Assembly: GCF_000179635.2 (NCBI RefSeq)
Contig: NC_014833.1
Location: 870,001 to 902,000 of the forward strand
Length of the DNA: 32,000 bases
Direction of reading: 5' to 3'
DNA from: Ruminococcus albus 7 = DSM 20455
GTDB taxonomy: Bacteria > Bacillota > Clostridia > Oscillospirales > Ruminococcaceae
The position numbers and the translations under genes were made by a program. Below the pieces are notes generated by a model. It was not told where the DNA came from and did no database searches. It saw only the letters and a list, made by a program, of their open reading frames with translations. Every line of letters begins with the position of its first letter. The first letter of the stretch is position 1. This document shows positions 25,707 through 32,000 of the stretch, in pieces.

Positions 25707-25719
25707 AGTATTATCCTCC

Positions 25720-26757
25720 TTAAATTTTCTGACTGCCTGTTGACCAGACGTGCTTTTCATTTTTGTTTGCAGGCTTGTTCTGCGCCATTACACCTGCAAG
25801 TGAATGAGGAACATATGGTTCTTCGAGATATTTTATCTCGTCGGCAGACAGCTCCAGATCGACCGCCTTTGCAGCACCTTCAATATGGTGCAGCTTTGTT
25901 GCACCGACAACGGGAGAAGTCACCTTTGTCAGCAGCCACGCAAGGGATACTTCTGTCATGGAAACACCGTGCTTTTCAGCAAGCTCTGCAACACGCCTGA
26001 TGATAACCTCGTCTTGTTCTTTTGTTGCATCATATTTGAATTTAGCGTAAGTGTCTTCTTCGGCTCGCTTTGAAGTTTCTCCTGGAAGACGTGCGAGCCT
26101 GCCGCTTGCAAGAGCGCTGTAAGGTGTCATGGCGATATTGTCCTCAGCGCAGAGCATAGCCATTTCACGCTCCTCCTCACGGAAGATCAGATTGTAATGT
26201 CCCTGAACACTGACGAACTTTGCAAAGCCTTCTTTCTCAGCCAGTGCATTTGCTTTTGCAAGCTGCCAAGCATAGCAATTTGAAATACCGATATATCTTG
26301 CTTTTCCTGCCTTGACGATACGGTTCAGACCGTCCAGTATATCATAGATCGGCGTATTCCAGTCCCACATATGATAAATGTACAGGTCAACATAGTCCAT
26401 TCCGAGGTTTTCAAGACTCTTGTTTATCATTCGCTCGATATGCTGCTGTCCGCTGATACCTGCTTCTATATCCGCAGGTGTTCTCGGCAGGAACTTTGTT
26501 GCAACCACTACGTCATCACGCTTTGCAAAGTCACGAAGCGCCCTGCCCACATACTGCTCACTGGTTCCGGACTGGTAACCTATTGCTGTATCAAAGAAAT
26601 TCACGCCGAGTTCAAGTCCTCTTTTAATTATCTGACGGCTATGTTCCTCGTCTATCGTCCACGAATGCTGACCGTTTGAAGCATCTCCGAAGCCCATACA
26701 GCCCATACATATCCTTGAAACATTCAGATCTGAATTACCAAGTTTTGTGTATTTCAT
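25720..26757 (-). CDS. Aldo/keto reductase
   Basis: AKR signatures are LGNSDLNVSRICMGCMGFG, FFDTAIGYQSGTSE and YIGISNC. Confidence 0.85.
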   Translation of the reverse strand: MKYTKLGNSDLNVSRICMGCMGFGDASNGQHSWTIDEEHSRQIIKRGLELGVNFFDTAIGYQSGTSEQYVGRALRDFAKRDDVVVATKFLPRTPADIEAGISGQQHIERMINKSLENLGMDYVDLYIYHMWDWNTPIYDILDGLNRIVKAGKARYIGISNCYAWQLAKANALAEKEGFAKFVSVQGHYNLIFREEEREMAMLCAEDNIAMTPYSALASGRLARLPGETSKRAEEDTYAKFKYDATKEQDEVIIRRVAELAEKHGVSMTEVSLAWLLTKVTSPVVGATKLHHIEGAAKAVDLELSADEIKYLEEPYVPHSLAGVMAQNKPANKNEKHVWSTGSQKI

Positions 26758-27374
26758 TTTGCACCTCCCAAAAGTTGTATCACGCAGGAATAAATTATTT
26801 CATATATGCTGTGCATCTTAAAGTCCATATTTGCATCACGCATGGCATCAAGCTGTTTTTGTGTTGCCACCGAATAGGGATATACTCCGAAAAGGAAAGG
26901 GAAGAAAACGAATATAAAGCGTTCACAGTCGATATCAGGAAAGAATTTTCTTACACAAGCTCTAACTGCATCCAGGGAAGCTCCATAAGCAACTTTGAAC
27001 TCCGTCAGCCGTTCGGGCCGTGAGTTTTCCTCCATATCGTAGTGATTCATAGCAAGGAGCTTCAAAAGCTGTTCATGGTTTTCGAGTGAGTGTGCAAGTG
27101 ATGATGCAAAGCTGTCAGCGGACATCGTTTCATTTTTCTTTGCAAGCTCGTTCATTTCCTCTGCCCACAGTTCATACTCACGCTGCATCAGTGCAAGGAA
27201 TATTTCCTCTTTCGTCTGAAAATAGTTGTAGATAGACGGTCTGGAAAAGCTTGTTTCTACACTTATTTCTTTCAAAGTTATCTCCTTGAAGCTCATGGTC
27301 TGATAGAGCTTTTCACAGGCACTAACGATCTCGCTTTTTCGTGAAGCTGTCAGTTCAGGTGAACCCTTTGGCAT
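26754..27374 (-). CDS. TetR/AcrR-family transcriptional regulator
   Basis: The N-terminal helix-turn-helix reads FKEITLKEISVETSFSRPSIYNYFQTKEEIF. Confidence 0.85.
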   Translation of the reverse strand: MPKGSPELTASRKSEIVSACEKLYQTMSFKEITLKEISVETSFSRPSIYNYFQTKEEIFLALMQREYELWAEEMNELAKKNETMSADSFASSLAHSLENHEQLLKLLAMNHYDMEENSRPERLTEFKVAYGASLDAVRACVRKFFPDIDCERFIFVFFPFLFGVYPYSVATQKQLDAMRDANMDFKMHSIYEIIYSCVIQLLGGAK

Positions 27375-27925
27375 TAATTTTCCTCCTTCTTAAAGCTCAG
27401 GCATTTCCCGATCACATTGCCTGTTTGAAGATACTGATAATTCGGGAACTCAAACAACACAGGTCTGACCTTCGTGTAGTCGGGCTTGCCCTTATCATTC
27501 AGGCAGTCCTCCTCAACGTAGGTATTGTCTATCGTGCAGATGAAGCTCTCGAAATTTGGTGTTTTGTAGATGTCATCGACTTTACATTCAATGGTGAGAT
27601 TTGCCGCTTTGATGATCGGCATACCGCATTTGCCGATCTCATATTCAAACAGATCGGATTTGTCAGCCTTAGCCCCTGTAACAGAACCTGAAACATCAAC
27701 AGCAGGGAGCATTTCCTCTGTCACAAGATTAACGGAAAGTCTGCCGTTCTCTTTTATCAGATTATTGATAAAATGGGGCTCTGCAAGGCTCACAAGGATA
27801 CGGTCATGACCGATTATACCGATATGCGCAACAAGAGTCCATGTTGGCTTATCGCCGTTCATTGTACTGATCACGGTCACAGGTGTGGGGTAGAGTGCCA
27901 GTTTTGTATCAATGCTTTTTTTCAT
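27374..27925 (-). CDS. Flavin reductase-like (FMN-binding split-barrel) protein
   Basis: YPTPVTVISTMNGDKPTWTLVAHIGIIGHDRILVSL is typical of flavin-reductase-domain proteins. I prefer the start at MKKSID (27925) because AAGGAG lies 8 nt upstream. Confidence 0.7.
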   Translation of the reverse strand: MKKSIDTKLALYPTPVTVISTMNGDKPTWTLVAHIGIIGHDRILVSLAEPHFINNLIKENGRLSVNLVTEEMLPAVDVSGSVTGAKADKSDLFEYEIGKCGMPIIKAANLTIECKVDDIYKTPNFESFICTIDNTYVEEDCLNDKGKPDYTKVRPVLFEFPNYQYLQTGNVIGKCLSFKKEEN

Positions 27926-27949
27926 AAGTATCACTCCTTGATTGCATTC

Positions 27950-27999
27950 TGACATCGTGTCACTATAGATATTATAACACTATTCTGACACAATGTCAA
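27950..27999 (-). promoter_or_regulatory. Consensus sigma-A promoter (TTGACA-17 nt-TATAAT) overlapped by two TGACA-N3-TGTCA palindromes (candidate TetR operators)
   Basis: On the minus strand, ttgaca is the complement of 27994-27999 and tataat is the complement of 27971-27976. The palindromes are tgacacaatgtca (27986-27998) and tgacatcgtgtca (27950-27962), each preceded by attc. Confidence 0.6.
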
Positions 28000-28336
28000 T
28001 ATGAGTTCTGGATATTTTTGTTTTTCAGCGTTATCAACAAAGTATAACAGTTCGCATAGGGTATTTTAAACAGAAGGGTATACCTTCCATTTTCTGAAGG
28101 CATACCCTTTATTGTTGATTATATTATAGTTATTATTCCAGAACTTCAAGCATTATTGCTGCACCGTCTTTGAAGGCAGCTTTCGTTTCAGCAGCAGCGG
28201 TATTGCTCACATAGTTCTAGTATATCGATCTGCTCCGTACTTAGGGGAATCTTCAAACGGTATCTCATTACTGGCAAGGGGCTGTTGCGTAGTTGCAACA
28301 GCCCCAAACAATAATGATAACATCTATCATACTTTC

Positions 28337-28930
28337 TTATATCGTATCGGCACGGGAACGGGATACAAAAATTATTGCAGCATACATAAAAAGAATTGCT
28401 GCTGCAAAGTAAACCGCAGCCCCTGCGAGTTCGGAAATGAATGATGGTCGGTCGGCAAAAATGTCGTAAGCACCTCTGCCGAAGATCAAACTTTTGAGTG
28501 ATCTCGAATTAATGAAGATCGTGTTTCTTACAAGACACAGCCGCATCAGCAGATCTTCAGCGGTGAGAATCAGCGAAGTTATGGGTACGTAGGTGTACAG
28601 TGCTTTTGTCGATGTCCTGCGGCTTACTCCGTTTGCACTGAAAAATCCCGAAGCAGTTTTGGCAAGAAGTGCCGCGCATATTGCGGCAGCTATCACCGAT
28701 ACTATCTCGAATTTAGCGGTGCTGCTGCGCTCAAAGTTCAGGCGGAGGATGTCTGCTGCTTCAAATTTCGTAGTTTCAGGTTCTCCCGCTGCATATCTGT
28801 ACATATTCATCAGCGGAAGAGCGAAGATCCCTGCCGTCAGAAGCATGGTAACAGCACCCGTTACCGCTGTGAATAATATACCGAATCTGGCTTTGATAAT
28901 ATATCTTAGACTCTCTTTCATATTATTCAC
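28337..28930 (-). CDS. Integral membrane protein, probable accessory/permease component of the GntR-linked ABC system
   Basis: It has multiple hydrophobic helices and overlaps the upstream membrane gene by 8 nt. A hairpin ggggctgttgc-gtagt-tgcaacagcccc lies downstream at 28279-28306. Confidence 0.5.
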   Translation of the reverse strand: MNNMKESLRYIIKARFGILFTAVTGAVTMLLTAGIFALPLMNMYRYAAGEPETTKFEAADILRLNFERSSTAKFEIVSVIAAAICAALLAKTASGFFSANGVSRRTSTKALYTYVPITSLILTAEDLLMRLCLVRNTIFINSRSLKSLIFGRGAYDIFADRPSFISELAGAAVYFAAAILFMYAAIIFVSRSRADTI

Positions 28931-29792
28931 GACCTCTCTTTTGCTTTGCGGCGGGTACCCTTAGTATGAAAAGGGCATATACCAGATAGCCTATCATGAA
29001 TACCATCAGGGCAGTTGAAAGAAATGCCATGACCGCTCCGATGCAGCCGCCGTACTGACCCGGTGCCGTGGGATCAGGATGAAGTATCTCTCCTATATAT
29101 ATCATTTTATCTCTGAGCCCTGACATAATTTCTCCGCGCAGTGTTACCGAACCGCCGTAGTCTATAAAGACCATAAAGTAGCAGTATGCAGTTAACGCAG
29201 ATGACGTCAATACTCCGAAAAGATTTGTTCTATGCTTTACCGCTAAGAATACCATCACTGCTGTATAGGCAAGCATTACAAGCAGGAATATCTCGCTGAT
29301 GCTGAAAAATATAAACCTCGGATCGTGGACAATGAGATCGTTCATACCCTGCATAGACAGCTGTTCACCGCCTGCCCAGTTATGACGTTCATCGCACATT
29401 ATGATGCAGTCAAGTCTCATTCCTGCAAGTCTGAAAATACCATCGGTCAAAAGGTAGACAGCTTCGATAATCACTGAAGTAAGTGCGCCGAATGTCAGGG
29501 CTGCTGTACCGCTTCCAACAAGAATACTTGCTCTTGAAGTTCCGTTGTGCAGCGATATCTTTATAAGATCATGCAGAACTATCCCGAAAATGATACCTGC
29601 CGCAGCAGTACCTGCGCTTTCGTAGAAATTTTTCCAGTCATTCCTGATATTTACGCTGATAATACCCATAATGAGCAGAATGATATGTAGCAGGAACAAT
29701 ACTCCAAGACTATGCCCGAAATATTTAAGGTATCTTCTTAGTCCCTCTTTACCGCGAAAGGCGTAACCGAGAAATTCACGCATTTTGTACAC
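28923..29792 (-). CDS. Integral membrane protein, probable permease component of the GntR-linked ABC system
   Basis: It has roughly six to eight hydrophobic helices and overlaps the ATPase gene by 17 nt. Confidence 0.5.
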   Translation of the reverse strand: MYKMREFLGYAFRGKEGLRRYLKYFGHSLGVLFLLHIILLIMGIISVNIRNDWKNFYESAGTAAAGIIFGIVLHDLIKISLHNGTSRASILVGSGTAALTFGALTSVIIEAVYLLTDGIFRLAGMRLDCIIMCDERHNWAGGEQLSMQGMNDLIVHDPRFIFFSISEIFLLVMLAYTAVMVFLAVKHRTNLFGVLTSSALTAYCYFMVFIDYGGSVTLRGEIMSGLRDKMIYIGEILHPDPTAPGQYGGCIGAVMAFLSTALMVFMIGYLVYALFILRVPAAKQKRGRE

Positions 29793-30633
29793 CTCCTGTC
29801 ATAGCTATCAGAAGCTGCTGCAAAGAAGGGCGTGAAACTTCCAGTCCTTCAGGGACATCTTTTGATTCGCCTGTGACACAGGCACAGCACAGCGTACCTA
29901 TTATTGTTTTGGTCAGATATTCTTTATCTTTGAGATATGAAGTCACGTCTGTGGTTTTTCCCTCGATGAGGTAAGCCTTCGCCTGAAGATCTTCACAGTC
30001 ATCATCTGCGATAAGTCTTCCGTCCTCCAGTACAAAACAATGCTCGAACAATCCTGCACATTCATCGATAATATGTGTGGAAATAACGAATGCAGCTTCG
30101 GTCTTTTCAAAGCGTTCGATGATCTGCTTATATAGTTTTTCGCGGCAGTTGGCATCAACTCCAAGGACAGGTTCATCAAGGAAGATGAAATCAGCTCCGC
30201 TGGATAGTGCCAGTATCACCTTAGCGAGAGTATGCTGACCTGTCGAAAGCTGAGAAAGACGTCTTTTCGTATCAATGCCAAAAATATCACAGAGTTTCAG
30301 TGCATAGTCTTCATCGGTATCCTTATAAAAATACTTCTGCGCCTTAATGGTGTCTTTCACTTTCATGTGCTTGGGAAGAAGATCCTCGGCACTCATGCAA
30401 TATATGTGACGAAGCAGCTTATCGTTCTCGGTGACTGTTTCGCCGTCAAGTGTGATCTCACCCGAATCAGGGAAAATACGTCCGCCTACCAGGTCAACAA
30501 GTGTTGATTTTCCCGAACCGTTTCGTCCTAAAAGCCCGTAGATCATACCCTTTTCGATACTTAGCGAAACACCGTCAAGAGCGGTCTTTTTATTATATCT
30601 TTTTGTAAGTGTCTTTATCTCTATCCTGCTCAT
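29776..30633 (-). CDS. ABC transporter ATP-binding protein
   Basis: Walker A is GRNGSGKST, the ABC signature is LSTGQ and Walker B is FIFLDEP. Confidence 0.9.
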   Translation of the reverse strand: MSRIEIKTLTKRYNKKTALDGVSLSIEKGMIYGLLGRNGSGKSTLVDLVGGRIFPDSGEITLDGETVTENDKLLRHIYCMSAEDLLPKHMKVKDTIKAQKYFYKDTDEDYALKLCDIFGIDTKRRLSQLSTGQHTLAKVILALSSGADFIFLDEPVLGVDANCREKLYKQIIERFEKTEAAFVISTHIIDECAGLFEHCFVLEDGRLIADDDCEDLQAKAYLIEGKTTDVTSYLKDKEYLTKTIIGTLCCACVTGESKDVPEGLEVSRPSLQQLLIAMTGGVQNA

Positions 30634-31007
30634 CAGTCCTCATCTCCTTTCAGCATACCGATGATATCTTCGCGGGTAAGTCCCAGTCTGTCCGCTTCGT
30701 TCAGCAGTGGAGCTACAAAATCATCATAAAATTTGACTCGTCTGTCATCTCTTACATTTTCATTTGCATTTTCAGCTACGAACATACCCATACCTCTCTT
30801 TTTATATACCAGTCCTTTTTCCACAAGAATGTTGACACCTTTACGTACTGTTGCAGGGTTGATCTTCAAACTGTGGGAAAGCTCTGTGGTACTGGGTATC
30901 TGCTCGCCCTCGCCCAGCTGACCTGTGACTATCTTGTTTTCAAGCCACTGGGCTATCTGTATAAACAGCGGTTCGATATCGTTGAAATGCGGATAATTTA
31001 CGCTCAT
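30633..31007 (-). CDS. GntR-family (YtrA-subfamily size) transcriptional regulator
   Basis: The protein is 124 aa. The winged helix-turn-helix reads IPSTTELSHSLKINPATVRKGVNILVEKGLVYKKRGMGMFV. It sits directly upstream of the ABC ATPase, with a 1-nt overlap. Confidence 0.85.
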   Translation of the reverse strand: MSVNYPHFNDIEPLFIQIAQWLENKIVTGQLGEGEQIPSTTELSHSLKINPATVRKGVNILVEKGLVYKKRGMGMFVAENANENVRDDRRVKFYDDFVAPLLNEADRLGLTREDIIGMLKGDED

Positions 31008-31092
31008 ACCGTTCAGTTCTCCTTTCTTTGATCTCTACACATATGTTATTTTATTTTCCGCGAATAGCTATTCAGAAGTACATCACATGGCT

Positions 31093-31142
31093 GGTTGGTT
31101 ACTTCTGTAACTAACCATATCACATAAAGTATTATTTGTCAA
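31093..31142 (-). promoter_or_regulatory. Promoter (TTGACA-17 nt-TATGGT, with an extended -10 TG) overlapped by a 10-4-10 inverted repeat (candidate GntR operator)
   Basis: The arms are ggttggttac (31093-31102) and gtaactaacc (31107-31116), with one mismatch. The -35 box is the complement of 31137-31142 and the -10 box is the complement of 31114-31119, inside the right arm. Confidence 0.5.
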
Positions 31143-31520
31143 TAGGGCCATAATATTTTTGGCAAAGTTGAATAAGATCAAATCTATATTTTTAGCAGAG
31201 CTAAACAAACTCGGTAATGAACATACTGATTTACGGATCAATAAAATGAGTCGATCCCGATGGCTCAGACATAAAAAGCGACTGTTGCAGCCCTAACAAA
31301 GAAAAAGAGCCTGGCACAGACCTGAAAGGTAGTGCCAGCTCTTCTTTTTGTGGTATAATATAATTGCAAAAAACCATTAAACCACCGAAAGGATTGTACC
31401 ACAAAAATGAGAAATTGTCTAGTGCGTCTTAACATGAATTATGAGATCTAAGATCTCAGAAAACCGACTTGGAATTTCTCTTTTTGAACTGAAAACGGCA
31501 TAAAAACCAGCAGAAAATAA

Positions 31521-31559
31521 CACCCCCGAGTCCTCTTTTTTGAAGAGGGCTTGGGGGTG
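31521..31559 (-). terminator. Rho-independent terminator of the downstream flavodoxin gene
   Basis: The minus-strand stem is cacccccaagccctcttc-aaaa-aagaggactcgggggtg, followed by ttattttct. Confidence 0.7.
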
Positions 31560-31673
31560 TGCGCACTGAAACAGCTTATTTCACCAGTTAATATGTTTTT
31601 TTACTCTGATGTTCGGATATGGTTAGAGGGTGCTGCGGTTGCAACAGCCTCGATTTTTATCTTCATTTTCATA

Positions 31674-32000
31674 TCAGAATCCCAAACCGTCAAGCCAGTC
31701 ACGGACAGACTGTTGTGTATCAGAGCTGAACTCCTGCGCAGTCTTGCCCTGTATATCCATACCGTCGAGCACCTGTGCATTCGGCAGATAGCTTCTGATC
31801 GCAGAGTATGTTCCCGATTCACCGCTGCCTTCGTGGGTGTTGAACGGGATAACCACCTTGTCGGAGAAATCGTAGCTGTCCATAAAGGTATAGACCGCCA
31901 TCGGCATATCGCCCCACCATATCGGGTAGCCGAGGGAAACAATATCATACTGCTCCATATTCTCAACACCGCCCTGAATTTCAGGACGGGCTTTGTCGGC
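31674..32000 (-). CDS. Flavodoxin-family protein (C-terminal part; the ORF stays open to the window edge)
   Basis: GYPIWWGDMPMAVYTFMDSYDFSDKVVIPFNTHEGSG parallels the flavodoxin at 22942-23631. The frame remains open through 31959-32000 (ADKARPEIQGGVEN...). Confidence 0.75.
   Translation of the reverse strand, partial: ADKARPEIQGGVENMEQYDIVSLGYPIWWGDMPMAVYTFMDSYDFSDKVVIPFNTHEGSGESGTYSAIRSYLPNAQVLDGMDIQGKTAQEFSSDTQQSVRDWLDGLGF

Noticed and set aside
23675-26679. Multiple 60-160-aa plus-strand ORFs antisense to the MBL and AKR genes (for example 23675-24025, 24080-24364, 25206-25697, 26371-26679)
   Set aside because: These are shadow ORFs inside well-supported minus-strand genes, with no ribosome-binding sites or motifs.
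31601-31969. 122-aa ORF overlapping the partial flavodoxin gene in another frame
   Set aside because: The flavodoxin frame carries clear FMN-binding motifs and continues to the window edge. The alternative frame is Arg/Trp/Ser-rich with no motifs.
1-32000. Search for CRISPR arrays, tRNA or rRNA genes, reverse transcriptase/retron or DGR components, and toxin-antitoxin pairs
   Set aside because: I found no regularly spaced short direct repeats, cloverleaf-like or rRNA-like segments, RT motifs (YxDD) or small paired ORFs by reading both strands. The absence is by eye only.

Overview
This is an insertion-sequence-riddled accessory region, apparently from a Gram-positive anaerobe. The Clostridia/Ruminococcus-like assignment is a guess from protein style and AGGAGG ribosome-binding sites. 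No homology search was possible, so every call rests on motifs read directly from the translations and on hand alignments.

Gene content, left to right:
- A stand-alone TnpB-type RuvC nuclease gene (363-1688, minus strand) with a hairpin-dense 3' tail.
- A DUF3810-like HExxH membrane protein.
- Two secreted proteins that share an FN3-like module. One also carries an SH3b-like segment; the other is a BspA-type leucine-rich-repeat (LRR) protein with a 69-bp DNA periodicity.
- A TetR regulator, divergent from a decayed nitronate-monooxygenase-like gene, followed by a radical SAM gene and an unannotated 40-aa four-Cys ORF.
- A pile of mobile elements: IS256 with an intact 8-bp target duplication, two IS1595-type copies (one frameshifted), an IS200 tnpA unit and several IS scars.
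- A visibly AT-richer module at 14.3-19.4 kb. It encodes a ~1311-aa secreted protein (TSP3-like Ca-binding repeats, a vWA domain and a ~480-aa orphan C-terminus) and a tightly coupled WG-repeat lipoprotein.
- An eight-gene minus-strand redox cluster: flavin reductase, TetR, two aldo/keto reductases, an MBL-fold hydrolase, a lipoprotein flavodoxin, a DUF4405-like membrane protein and an unknown membrane protein. It sits behind a consensus promoter with twin palindromes.
- A GntR(YtrA-type)/ABC transporter operon and a second, partial flavodoxin gene.

Most noteworthy structures:
1. A 174-bp perfect inverted repeat plus a second 63-65-bp block, at 1917-2210 and 19465-19711, brackets ~17.3 kb.
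2. A 16-nt hairpin motif with a compensatory base-pair change is shared by both repeat arms and the tnpB 3' tail.
3. The two IS1595 copies bracket the AT-rich cargo.
4. An exported flavodoxin is paired with a histidine-rich membrane protein.

I did not see any CRISPR array, tRNA or rRNA.
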